In this document: piece after piece, positions 39,864 through 49,677 of the stretch
How the letters are laid out: the number at the start of each line of letters is the position of its first letter
Position numbering within the stretch: the first letter of the stretch is position 1
From: an uncultured Gemmatimonadales bacterium
GTDB taxonomy: Bacteria > Gemmatimonadota > Gemmatimonadetes > Longimicrobiales > Gaopeijiaceae
Length of the DNA stretch: 64,000 nt
Reading direction: 5' to 3'
NCBI GenBank assembly: GCA_963809895.1
Contig: CAWELD010000003.1
Location: 2,880,001 to 2,944,000, forward strand
Notes under the pieces: model-generated
What the model was told of the DNA's origin: nothing
Seen by the model: the letters and a program-made list of their open reading frames with translations, nothing else
The model's database searches: none
Made by a program: the position numbers and the translations under genes

Positions 39864-42589
39864 CACCACCGGCGCCGGCGGCGCCTTGCCCTTGTCCAGG
39901 AAGGGCACGCCGCCTTCCATCCACGCCGGGGCCGGCGCGTCCATGAGGTAGTGGTCGAAGAACTGCTTCATGCGGATCTGGAAGTCCTTCTGGTTGGCCT
40001 CTTTCGACAGGTGGTGCGGCTCGTCTGGATACGAGAGCAGGATCACCGTCTTGCCCATGCGCCGGGCCGCCGTGTAGAGCTCGAGCCCCTGGTTCCAGTC
40101 CACCGCGCCGTCGGCGGTGCCCTGCAGGATCAGGAAGGGCGTCGTGATGTTCTTCACGTGCTCGATGGGGGATTGGCTGCGCCAGCGCTCCGGGTCGTCC
40201 CAGGGCGTGTCGCCCATGCGGCCCTGGCTCCACTGCAGGATGGGCCCGTTCACCGAGCCCGACTGCTTGTAGAGGATGTTGTTCATGCTCATGAGGTCCG
40301 TGAGCGGAGCTCCGGTGACGATGCACGCGAACATGTCGGTCTGGGTGAGGATGAACGAGGTCTCGTAGCCTCCCCAGGAGTGGCCCTGCAGGCCGATGTG
40401 GTCGGGATCGGCGTAGCCCAGGTCGATGACCTTCTGCGCCGCCGCCGTGACGTCGTCCAGCGCCGAGCTGCCCGGATAGCCGTCGTCGTAGACGATGTCG
40501 GGCATGAGCACCAGGTAGCCGTTGCTGGCGTAGGTGGACATGTGGGGCCGGTCGTCGTACACGGGCTGGCTGAACTCGTGGTGGCGCTGGCTCATCTTCT
40601 CGTAGAAGTAGATGACCATGGGATAGCGCCGACCCTCCTGGTAGCCCGCCGGCAGGGCCAGCGTGGCCTGCAGGTCGTTGCCGCGCTGATCGGTGTAGTC
40701 CACGAGCACACGGCGCCCCCACGCGAAGTCCGCGAGCTGCGGATTGGCGTCGGTGACCTGGCGGGGACTGCGGAGCCGGCCGTCGCTCACCCAGTAGTCG
40801 GGGAACTGCTGGAAGGTCTGACGCGTGAAGACAACCCGGTCGGCGTTCTCGGCCTTGATGAGACCGCCGATCATCTCGTCGCCGAAGAGGAGCGCCTCGG
40901 GATCCCCGCCCGGGCGCGCCCGGTAAGTAGCCGGACTTCTTGGTCCACTCGCCGTAGGCCGACAGCATGGCGCCGTCGGGGTCGGTCCAGTCGGCGTCCC
41001 GGTCCAGGCGCTCCAGCCGGAAGCGGATCTGCTCCCGGCCGCCCATGCCGCCGGTGACGCTCCGGGCCTCGCCACCGGCCAGCGGCACCGCCCACACGTC
41101 GTACTGCGAGTACAGCAGTGCGTCGCCGTCTTCGGTCCAGCCGCCCACCGGATACGCGGGCTGCTCGCCCATGAGATCGTATTCGGCGTTGGAGAAGTCG
41201 ATGCCCGTACGCTCCGACAGGTTCTGATCTTCGAGGGATTGCAGGTCGACGGCGTGCACCGCTCCATCGCGGCTGTAGAGGAGCCACCGGCCGTCGGGCG
41301 AGCTGCCCATGGGCCGGCGCACGGCCTCCGCCATGACGCGCTGCTCGCCGGTGCCGGGATCGATACGCACCAGGTCGGCCCGCCCGTCCTCCACGTCGAC
41401 GATGGAGCGGTAGGGCGCGTCGCGACGGCCGATGGCCCAGCGGCCGTCGTCGGTGAGGTCGACCCGGGGCATGTCTTCGGTGGCCAGGCGCACGAAGCGG
41501 CCGCCGTCGAGGTTGTAGACCGCGGTGTAGGTGAAGCGGCGGTCGCCGGGTGCCTGGCGCATCTGCACCGACTGCACGCGGTCGTCGTGCCAGTGCCAGA
41601 CGTCCACGTTGGCCTGCTCGTCGCCGTTCTCGGCCTCGGGCGCTTCGGGCTCCTGCTCCTTGATGCCCACCACCAGGCGCGCGCCGTCCTTCGTCCAGCG
41701 CGTGTTGGCCAGCTCCGAGAGGACGAATCCCTCGGGGAAGACATCGTCGGTGGCCGGATCCCAGGTGGTCACCGACGGGCTGGCGCCGTCCACGCCCCGG
41801 GCCACCACCAGCACGTTGGCGCGCTGCGCCATGCTGTCGGGCGTCTCGCCGCGCAGGGCGGCCACGTCGGCGCCCGGCCTCGCTCCAGGTGAGGTCGGAG
41901 AAGCGCGCCTGGCCCGTGCTCAGCGGACGGATGCGGCCCTCGGCGGCGTTGACGACGTAGAGGCCGTTGCCCGCCTCGGCCTGGGCATCGACCAGGTAGC
42001 CCAGCGTCGCGCCCGATTCGTCGAAGGCGTACTCGGAAACGTTGCCCAGTGACAGCACCGTGCCGGCCTGCAGGTCCCGGAGCAGGAGGTCGGCGCCGGT
42101 GTGCTCGGCCTCACGGTCGGCCCGCTCGCGGAGGATCGCCAGGAAGCGACCGCCGTCGGAGAAGGCGAACGATGCCACCCCGGGATCCGTCTGCTCGTCG
42201 CCGCTCCGCAGGTCCACCAGATGGAAGGTGTGGGGCACGGGCTTGCGCTGCTGCCGAAGCTTGTCGGCCTCCTCCTCCGGGGGCGCCGTCAGGAAGCCCA
42301 CCCAGCGCCCGTCGTCGGAGAACGCCGCGTCGGAGCCGTTCACACCCTCGTAGACGGCGTCCCCGTCCAGCGACTTCACCCGGAGCGTGGCGTCGCCGTC
42401 GTTGGGCTGGACCGTATACGCCATCCAGGCGCCGTCCGGCGACAACGAGACCCGGTTGATGCGGCTCCAGGGGCCGTAGTCGGCCAGGGTGAGCGGGCGC
42501 TTCTCCTGCGCGTGGGCCGCGGCAGGCAGGAGCAGGAGGACGGCCAGGAGCCGGAGCAGGTCGGCGGTATGGTGATGCTGGCGACGCAT
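39822..42589 (-). CDS. Secreted S9 family peptidase; two frameshifts (about 41874 and 40925)
   Basis: Three consecutive ORF pieces join into signal peptide + beta-propeller + catalytic domain with GHSWGGYE, GTADGAV and DEPHH. Confidence 0.88.
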
Positions 42590-42768
42590 GAAATCCCTCT
42601 CGGAAGGCGGTGGGCACCGGGCCATGCTGCAGGTCCCGGCCGCCTCGGGCAAGACCACGCGTCTGCCGGCGGCGAGAGCGGCACAGCGGCGGCCCCGGGG
42701 AGTAGTCCAGAGAGCCCGGGCGCTCGCCTTTCGGGCGCACCCGCTGACCACGATTCGATCGACCTGCC

Positions 42769-43641
42769 ATGCCCTTCGATGCCGACGACCTCATCGACCT
42801 GCTCGACCTGGAGCCCATCGAGCACAACATCTACCGGGGCAAGAACCGCGACATCGGCACCGATCGGGTCTACGGTGGCCAGGTCCTGGCCCAGGCGCTG
42901 GTGGCCGCCCAGCGCACGGTGGGCGAGGACCGGCCGGTGCATTCCATGCACGGCTACTTCATCCTGCCCGGCGACCTGTCCGTGCCCGTGGTCTACTTCG
43001 TGGACCGGCTGCGCGACGGCGGATCCTTCACCACCCGGCGGGTGACGGCCATCCAGCACGGACGCGCCATCTTCAACCTGTCGGCATCGTTCCACCGCCA
43101 CGAGGAGGGCCTGGAGCACCAGACCGAGATGCCCGACGTGCCTCCGCCCGAAGAGCTCCCCTCGGAGCTGGACCTCATCCGGGCCGGCGCGGACCGCATC
43201 CCCGAGGAGCTCCGCGACGTGCTCACCCAGGAACGTCCGCTGGACATCCGCGTCGTGGGCGGCGAGAGCCCCTTCGACACCTCGCCTCGGGAGCCCCGGC
43301 GCCGGCTCTGGGTGCGGGCCCGAGGCAGGCTGGGCAATCAGGAGCTGCAACACCGGGCGGTATTGTCCTACGCCTCCGACTACGGCCTCATCGTCACCGC
43401 GCTCCGCCCCCACGGCATGAGCTTCCGCGACCCCCGGGTCATGGTGGCGAGCCTGGACCACTCCATCTGGTTCCACCGCTCCTTCCGGGCCGACGAGTGG
43501 CTCCTGTACGACGTGGAAGGCCCGGTGGCCGCGGGCGGACGCGGCTTCGCACGCGGCACCTACTTCACCCGCGACGGCACGCTGGTGGCGTCGGTGGCTC
43601 AGGAGGGGCTGATGCGGCTGAGGCGGGACCGGAACGCGTAA
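42769..43641 (+). CDS. tesB: Acyl-CoA thioesterase II
   Basis: RVYGGQVLAQAL, VHSMHGYFILPG, RDGGSFTTRRV, YASDY, ASLDHSIWFH, ASVAQEGLMR. Confidence 0.95.
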   Translation: MPFDADDLIDLLDLEPIEHNIYRGKNRDIGTDRVYGGQVLAQALVAAQRTVGEDRPVHSMHGYFILPGDLSVPVVYFVDRLRDGGSFTTRRVTAIQHGRAIFNLSASFHRHEEGLEHQTEMPDVPPPEELPSELDLIRAGADRIPEELRDVLTQERPLDIRVVGGESPFDTSPREPRRRLWVRARGRLGNQELQHRAVLSYASDYGLIVTALRPHGMSFRDPRVMVASLDHSIWFHRSFRADEWLLYDVEGPVAAGGRGFARGTYFTRDGTLVASVAQEGLMRLRRDRNA

Positions 43642-43723
43642 CGTCGGAGGTCGGAAACTCGGCCCGACGCGCACACGTACCACAGGGTGTGACAGGCATT
43701 CACTCCAACGGAGAGTCTGCGCC

Positions 43724-44746
43724 GTGCGCTCGCGCCTTCTCACCCTCCTCGTCACCCTCCTGCTATTCGCTCTCCCCTCCCCCGCCGCCGGCCAGGGCGG
43801 GGGCCTCAAGCTCGCCATCGGTGACGTGGGTCTGGGCATCGGCGACGTGCCCCGTCTCGACGGCATCCGTCTCAATTTCCGCGACCGGCACCTGGAGCGG
43901 GTGCGCGGCATCAACGCCACCCTGTGGAACCCGTATGACGAAGCCGACGGAGTCGTGCGCGGACTGGCTCTGGGGCTGCCCCTCACCGGCGCGGCCGAGA
44001 TCTCCGGCATCGCCGTGGGCCTGGGCATCGGTGTGGACCGGGACTTCTCGGGCATCGGCCTGGCTCCGCTGGGGTTCGGGGCGGGCAAGAGGATCCAGGG
44101 CATCGCCGTCGCCGGCATGGGCATCGGCGGCGGCGGCGATCTGGACGGCATCATGATCGGCGGCGTGGGCCTGGGGGTCGGCGGCAACATCCGCGGCATC
44201 GCCATCGGGGGCGTGGGAGCCGGCGGCTCGGGCAACCTCCAGGGGATCGCGGTGGGCGGCATCGGGATCGGTCTGGGCGGAGACGTCACCGGACTCACCG
44301 TCGGCGGCGTGGGCGTGGGCGCCAAGGGAACCGTCCGGGGCATCACCCTGGGCGGCGTCGGCGTGGGCGCCGGCACCGACGTCATCGGGCTGACGCTGGC
44401 CGGCATGGGCGTGGGCGCCGGTGGTGAGCTCAGTGGAGTGACGTTGGCCGGCATGGGGATCGGCGCTCCCGAGATCAGCGGCGTCGCCATCGCCGGGTTC
44501 GGAATCGGGGGCATCGACCTGAGCGGACTGATGATCGCGCCGGCCTTCCTGAAGGTGGAGGACGGCGGCACCATCCGGGGCGTGTCCATCAGCGCGTACC
44601 ACGACATCGACGGCCGTCAGTCGGGGCTGGCCATCGGACTGCTCAACATCGCCAACGAACTGCACGGACTTCAGGTCGGGCTCATCAACATCGCCCGCAA
44701 CAAGCAGTCCTTCCGCGTGCTGCCCTTCTTCAACTACGCGCGCTGA
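43724..44746 (+). CDS. Secreted Gly-rich repeat (beta-solenoid) protein, LA_2272-like
   Basis: Signal peptide; about 12 repeats of 15-16 aa; C-terminal GLQVGLINIA...VLPFFN. Confidence 0.8.
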   Translation: MRSRLLTLLVTLLLFALPSPAAGQGGGLKLAIGDVGLGIGDVPRLDGIRLNFRDRHLERVRGINATLWNPYDEADGVVRGLALGLPLTGAAEISGIAVGLGIGVDRDFSGIGLAPLGFGAGKRIQGIAVAGMGIGGGGDLDGIMIGGVGLGVGGNIRGIAIGGVGAGGSGNLQGIAVGGIGIGLGGDVTGLTVGGVGVGAKGTVRGITLGGVGVGAGTDVIGLTLAGMGVGAGGELSGVTLAGMGIGAPEISGVAIAGFGIGGIDLSGLMIAPAFLKVEDGGTIRGVSISAYHDIDGRQSGLAIGLLNIANELHGLQVGLINIARNKQSFRVLPFFNYAR

Positions 44747-44758
44747 GCCGTCGGGCTG

Positions 44759-44803
44759 GGCGGCAGCCCGTGGTCGCCGGAGATCACGCCGCGGGCTGCC
44801 GCC
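44759..44803. terminator. Hairpin between convergent genes
   Basis: GGCGGCAGCCCGTGG pairs with CCGCGGGCTGCCGCC (15 bp, one G-U). Confidence 0.6.
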
Positions 44804-44812
44804 TGGCAGCGA

Positions 44813-47005
44813 TCACCCTCCCGGATGGTACTCCCGCTCGGTGTGCCCTTCGAGCTGCGGGCGGTAGTAGTAGACCGGGCGCAGGTCGCCGGTGGCGTAG
44901 CGCTCCGCCTCGTCGTTGAAGTGGGGTGAGGCGGGGTCGCCGCTCTCGCCCCCGGCGGTGATGGCGATGGCCCGTACACTGTCCCCGAACTCCACCACCG
45001 CGACGAAGCTGTTGCCGCTGGTGCCGTACCACTTCTTGGTGCCGGGATACGCCCGGGCGCCGAACGAGGCCAGCGAGCCCCAGCGCGACGAGGTGAAGCC
45101 CACGGGAATGCTGGGCGCGTCGTCGTTGAAGGGCTGCACGATGTCGCCGGTGAGGCGCTGGAAGCGGTTGATGTCGCCCCAGGGGGTGCGCCAGTCGCCG
45201 AAATCCTCGGTGAGCTTGTCCGAGGCCGCCGCCAGCGCGTCCAGGCGCTGCTGCGAGGCTGCGTCGCTCGCCGCGTACGCATACATGTCCATGCCGGCCT
45301 GGCGGGCCTCACGCCCCACGCGCTGTAGCAGGTCGGTGCCCCAGAAAACGGCCAGCGAGGTGGGCAGCGACTCCACGCCCCAGCGCAGATCCCAGTCCCG
45401 GAGCAGGGCAATCTGTTCGACCAGGCGGCCCTTCATGGGATCCGATTGGGGGAGCGCGTCCCAGTCCGCGACCAGCGCCGGCACCAGGTCCTCGAAGGCC
45501 GTCAGGTAGCTGTCGAAGGCCGCATCACGCAGCGACTCGACAGTGAAGTCGTGCTTGCCCTCCAGCACGCGCATGGCGTGGATGCCCCGGGGATTCTCAC
45601 CACCCGTCTCCACGTAGCTCGGAAAGTCGGCCTGCTTCGGGCTGTACTCTCCCGAGACCGAGAAGGGCCAGTTGTTGGTGTTCTGGATCCAGCCGTTGGG
45701 GGGATTCAGCACCCCGGGCGTCTCGTCGATGGAGAGCACGTCCCCCCACTCCGTCGCGGGGTTGCTCCCGTCCACCGGCCGCGACCAGTCGAAGCTCGTG
45801 TCGCGCCGGGGGATGAAGTTGGAGTGGAAGTAGGCGATGTTGCCGTCGGCGTCGGCGAACACGGTGTTGTTGGAGGAGTTGGTGTGGAGCTCCATGCTCT
45901 GGCGGAACTCCTGATAGTTCTGCGCCTTGGTCCGGATGTAGGACTGCTCCAGCGCCTTCAAGGGCTCCTGCATGAGGCGCACGGTGATCCACTTGCCGTC
46001 GGCGGCCCGCACCACCGGCCCGTGGTGCGTCCGGTAGACGGTGAACTCCTTTTCGGCCATCCCCGAGTCGGTGCGGTAGGGCACGGTGATGTGCTCTTCG
46101 GTGACCGGCCGCTCCTCGTCGCCGTATGCGTAGACGTAGCCGCCGTCCTTCTCGGTCACCGTCTCGGCGTACTCGTCGATGTTGTCGACCCCGCTGGAGG
46201 TGTGCATCCAGCCGGCGTGCTCGTTGAATCCCTGATAGATGAAGAACTGGCCCCAGGTCACGGCGCCGTAGGCGTCGAGTCCCTCGTTGCTGATGGCGTG
46301 CAGCTCGGAGCGGAAGAAGAAGGAGGTGTGGGGATTGATGAGCAGGAGTGCGTGCCCGTCGGTGGTGTTGGCCGGCGCGATGGCGAAGCCGTTGGAGCCC
46401 GAGGGCTCGCGGAAGCGCGCATCGTCCGCCGCCGACATCTCATCCCCCTGGCTCGCATCGGCATCCCCGTAGAACTCCTCCAGGCCCCGGAGCGACACCC
46501 GCTCGATGTCGCCGCCGATGCTTCCTTCGCTGAAGGTGAGCGCCATCCACGGCTCGAAGTGCGTGATGACCTTGGGCGTGACCTGGGGATTCTCGTGCAG
46601 GTAGTAGTTGAGCCCGTCGGCCCACGCGTCCATGAGAGCCTTGAGCCAGTCCGGGCTGCGGGCGTACATGGCCCGCATCGAGTCGGGATCGATGAAGAGC
46701 TTCATGCGGAGATCGCGGTAGATCTCGCCCTCGCCCTCGGCCTCGGCCAGCCGCCCCATGGCGTTCAGATAGTTCACCTCTACCCGGTTGAAATCGTCTT
46801 CGGCCTGGGCGTAGATGACGCCGAAGACCGCATCGGCGTCGGTGTCGCCGTAGACGTGGGCGATGCCCCAGTCGTCGCGGACGATGGTGACGTTCTGGGC
46901 GCGCTGCTCCCAGCGCTGGACATCGGCGTTGGAGCTGTTGTCAGGAGCGTCCTGGGGCGCGCACGCGGCGGCCGCGACGGCGAGGACGAGCAGGAGCTTC
47001 TTCAT
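44813..47005 (-). CDS. Penicillin acylase family (S45) Ntn-hydrolase lipoprotein
   Basis: Lipobox AAAC, RDDWGIAHVYG, YAQAED, autoprocessing site G|SNGFAIAP, LLINPH. Confidence 0.93.
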   Translation of the reverse strand: MKKLLLVLAVAAAACAPQDAPDNSSNADVQRWEQRAQNVTIVRDDWGIAHVYGDTDADAVFGVIYAQAEDDFNRVEVNYLNAMGRLAEAEGEGEIYRDLRMKLFIDPDSMRAMYARSPDWLKALMDAWADGLNYYLHENPQVTPKVITHFEPWMALTFSEGSIGGDIERVSLRGLEEFYGDADASQGDEMSAADDARFREPSGSNGFAIAPANTTDGHALLLINPHTSFFFRSELHAISNEGLDAYGAVTWGQFFIYQGFNEHAGWMHTSSGVDNIDEYAETVTEKDGGYVYAYGDEERPVTEEHITVPYRTDSGMAEKEFTVYRTHHGPVVRAADGKWITVRLMQEPLKALEQSYIRTKAQNYQEFRQSMELHTNSSNNTVFADADGNIAYFHSNFIPRRDTSFDWSRPVDGSNPATEWGDVLSIDETPGVLNPPNGWIQNTNNWPFSVSGEYSPKQADFPSYVETGGENPRGIHAMRVLEGKHDFTVESLRDAAFDSYLTAFEDLVPALVADWDALPQSDPMKGRLVEQIALLRDWDLRWGVESLPTSLAVFWGTDLLQRVGREARQAGMDMYAYAASDAASQQRLDALAAASDKLTEDFGDWRTPWGDINRFQRLTGDIVQPFNDDAPSIPVGFTSSRWGSLASFGARAYPGTKKWYGTSGNSFVAVVEFGDSVRAIAITAGGESGDPASPHFNDEAERYATGDLRPVYYYRPQLEGHTEREYHPGG

Positions 47006-47148
47006 GGCCGGACCTTCCCCCCGGATGGGACCGAAGTGCGGATGGAACAGGGGCGCATACTAGGCCGGCGCCGGCCCTCGGACCAGTCGGGAGAATCCCG
47101 TCGGCCGTCGGGGAGACGGGTGGCTGCCGGGAAGGTGCGCGACCTCCG

Positions 47149-47625
47149 CTACTCCTCCTGGAGCCGGCGGAAGCGCCGGTACATGCCCACGCGCCAGCGC
47201 AGGATCATGCCGAAGGCGAGGATGAAGAAGACCGCGGCGGTCTGACGGGTCGACAGCAGGTGTCCCACGTAGTCGTGGAGCGCCAGGCGCAGCGCCAGCA
47301 GGCCCAGCAGGATCAAGAGAAAGCCGTTGGAGCGCCGCATCATCACCACCTCGCCCTCCCGCTCCAACGACGAGGTGCGGATCAGCGGGTAGGCCAGCAC
47401 CAGCGCACCCAGCAGGAACGCGGTCAGCGCCCATGTCCAAGGCACCCGCATGGCGGGCATGACGAACATGGCGAAGCCCGTGCTCATCCCCAGTGGCGGG
47501 ACGATGATCTTCCTGGCCGTCACCGGTTTGCGGGTCTCCTGCACGCGCCACGCGATCACGGCCGCCCCACCCACCACGGGGGCGAGAACCGGAAGCATGC
47601 GAACGACGCCGGAGATTGCGGTCAT
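47149..47625 (-). CDS. CcdC/DUF1453 family membrane protein
   Basis: KPVTARKIIVPPLGMSTGF, AYPLIRTS, FFILAFGMILRWRV. An alternative start at 47736 would overlap the lactonase stop (ATGA). Confidence 0.8.
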   Translation of the reverse strand: MTAISGVVRMLPVLAPVVGGAAVIAWRVQETRKPVTARKIIVPPLGMSTGFAMFVMPAMRVPWTWALTAFLLGALVLAYPLIRTSSLEREGEVVMMRRSNGFLLILLGLLALRLALHDYVGHLLSTRQTAAVFFILAFGMILRWRVGMYRRFRRLQEE

Positions 47626-47732
47626 GACAGAAGAAAGATGGGGTGGATCGGGGAAGGCGTCTACACGCGCGGCGGGCAGGCCATCCGCGAGGGGTCGAAG
47701 CGAGGTGGACGGCCCTGTGAGCTGCGAGGTGG

Positions 47733-48665
47733 TCATCGCAGGCTGACCCGCAGGCGAGAGGCCGCACCGGCTCCTCCCCAGGTGCGGGGAGGGGCCGGAC
47801 TGGCTTCCGAGTCCTCGGAGGTCCGGGCCTCGACGAAGGTGATGCGTCGCTGGAGGCGCGTCGCCGACCCGGGGTCGTGCGAGGGCAGGTAGACCATCGG
47901 GCGCGTGCGACCCAGCCGGCGGATACGCGCCAGGGTCAGCGCCGCGGCCCCCGCGCCTCCGCCCAACGAGGACACCCCATCTACGGTCCCCTCTCGCAGA
48001 TGGGTCTCGGTATAGGAGGTATCGCCCGCCAGGAAGACGAGGTGATCGCCCCGGTCGACGACGACCGACAGGTGGCCGCGGGTGTGTCCCGGCGTGGGCA
48101 CGAGACGGACGTCACCGGCCCGGGTCACGGGCACGCTGGCCGGGAACGGCCCCCACGGATCACCCGTGAAGCCGACGCGGCTGGGCTCGAGATCCCGAGG
48201 CCACCGGTGCGGCAGGTATCCGCGCAACCGTCCGGGTAGTCCCGTGGCGTCGCTCAGCTCCTGGGCCGACACCAATACCTCGGACGAGCCGACGTGGTGC
48301 AATCCCCCGGCGTGATCGGTGTGAAGATGGGTCATGACCGTCCAGCGTACGTCGGTCGGGCCGATCCCCAGTCGCCGCAGGGCGGGCCCCAGCTCCTGAT
48401 CGGGCCGAACCTGCTCGCGCAAACCCACCCGGAAGTAGGGGTGCCAGCGCGGAAAGTACCCCGGGCGGGCGGCCAGGGCCGTCTCGCCGGTGTCCACGAC
48501 GATGACGCCCTCGGCATGTTCGATGGCCCAGGCCAGGATGGGAAGCGGCTCGGTCCACGTCCGGTCCATGAGGGTGTTGGCGAAGCGTCCGAGGCCCTGC
48601 CCCACCCCCGAGCGCTGCCGCTCGCGCACCTGAACGGTTCCGGTCTGGATGGCATGGATCTTCAT
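47733..48665 (-). CDS. Metallo-beta-lactamase fold hydrolase, N-acyl homoserine lactonase family
   Basis: VDTG, THLHTDHAGG, TPGHTRGH, LAGDTSY, PSHD. Confidence 0.88.
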   Translation of the reverse strand: MKIHAIQTGTVQVRERQRSGVGQGLGRFANTLMDRTWTEPLPILAWAIEHAEGVIVVDTGETALAARPGYFPRWHPYFRVGLREQVRPDQELGPALRRLGIGPTDVRWTVMTHLHTDHAGGLHHVGSSEVLVSAQELSDATGLPGRLRGYLPHRWPRDLEPSRVGFTGDPWGPFPASVPVTRAGDVRLVPTPGHTRGHLSVVVDRGDHLVFLAGDTSYTETHLREGTVDGVSSLGGGAGAAALTLARIRRLGRTRPMVYLPSHDPGSATRLQRRITFVEARTSEDSEASPAPPRTWGGAGAASRLRVSLR

Positions 48666-49297
48666 GAGTCCTCCTTCGAGTCCGCGGCGGTTGCCAGGCC
48701 GCGCAGCATGGTGTCGACGATTCCCTGGGCCAGCTGGTCGTCCAGGGGTCCCCCTGTGACCAGGATGCGGTAGAAGAGCGGGCCGCCGAGGACGTCGAGC
48801 GCCAACTCGAAGTCGGTCCCGGGCCGGAGCTCGCCTCGGGTCACGCCCCGCTCGAGGACCGTGGCGAGTGCCGCACGGCGCTCTCTCAGGAAACCGTCGC
48901 GGACGGCCTGCGCCACCGCGTCGCTCTCGGCCATGGCGGCGATCAAGCCCGGCAGCACGCGGCCCGGGCGCCCCCGGTAGACCTCCACGGCCTGGCGCAT
49001 GAGGATCAACAGGTCCTCGGCGACCTTTCCGGTGTCCGGCACGCGGATGTCCGTGACGAAGTCCTCCACCGCCGCGGCCACCACCTCGGCAGGCGAGCGC
49101 CAGCGCCGATAGAGTGTGGTCTTGCCTACCTCCGCCCTGGCCGCGATGGCCTCCATGGTCAGGCGTCCGAAGCCTCCTTCGGCCAGCAGGTCGAGCACCG
49201 CGTCCAGGAGGGCGCGGTCGGCGCTGGTGCTTCTCGGTCGGCCCGGCCCACGGGTCCCGTCGGTCGAGTCTTCTCGGGCAATCATGTTCGGCTCCAT
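48662..49297 (-). CDS. TetR/AcrR family transcriptional regulator
   Basis: GRPRS, LTMEAIAARAEVGKTTLYRRW, PDTG, GPLFYRIL; ATGA overlap with the lactonase. Start is 49297 or 49285. Confidence 0.93.
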   Translation of the reverse strand: MEPNMIAREDSTDGTRGPGRPRSTSADRALLDAVLDLLAEGGFGRLTMEAIAARAEVGKTTLYRRWRSPAEVVAAAVEDFVTDIRVPDTGKVAEDLLILMRQAVEVYRGRPGRVLPGLIAAMAESDAVAQAVRDGFLRERRAALATVLERGVTRGELRPGTDFELALDVLGGPLFYRILVTGGPLDDQLAQGIVDTMLRGLATAADSKEDS

Positions 49298-49362
49298 TAC
49301 GATACAGCTACGTTGCGTATTCAATCGTAGCAGCGTGGATTACGATACGCAAGTGTAGCGTA
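49296..49362. promoter_or_regulatory. Two related operator-like sites upstream of tetR
   Basis: ATTACGATAC at 49296 and 49339, each running into a 17-bp dyad (TACAG-N7-GCGTA and TACGC-N7-GCGTA) in an AT-rich patch. Confidence 0.65.
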
Positions 49363-49494
49363 AAGGAGGACGGCCACACCTGATTCGCCGAGGATCGCGG
49401 CGCGACCGTTGTCGTTGCGTCTCCTCCGCTCGATCCAGCACGGCGTGAGGACAGCAGGGCGCCAGCCGCCTCCTCGGGTGCAGGTCGCATTGCC

Positions 49495-49530
49495 GCGCAA
49501 GTCTTCGCACGACCGTGCAGATTCTTGCAC
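49495..49530. promoter_or_regulatory. Tandem enhancer-like (UAS) dyads for a sigma54 activator
   Basis: GCGCAAGTCTTCGCAC (49495-49510) and GTGCA-GATTCT-TGCAC (49515-49530), 20-bp period, about 80-110 bp upstream of the -24 box. Confidence 0.6.
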
Positions 49531-49607
49531 GGTCATCTGGTCGTCCTGATCGCCGCCAAGACGCCCAAGACGTTGGCACGCTTGAGGTAACGAGAGCACG
49601 CCATCTG

Positions 49608-49623
49608 TGGCGTGCCCCTTGCT
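49608..49623 (+). promoter_or_regulatory. Sigma54 (-24/-12) promoter
   Basis: TGGCGTGCCCCTTGCT: GG-N10-GC with TTGC, about 55 bp upstream of ATG 49678. Confidence 0.75.
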
Positions 49624-49677
49624 CCTCTCCAGGCCGTGACCCCCTTGAAACGGCCACCGACTCGGAGAGCCACCCGA

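Noticed and set aside
39822..42589. Programmed frameshifting or true pseudogene in the S9 peptidase
   Set aside because: No slippery heptamer at either break; both are +1 bases in short runs, the same pattern seen in hemL.
49573..49590. Second TGGCAC upstream of the redox operon as a sigma54 promoter
   Set aside because: No GC at the -12 position ten bases after GG; the site at 49608 fits the spacing.
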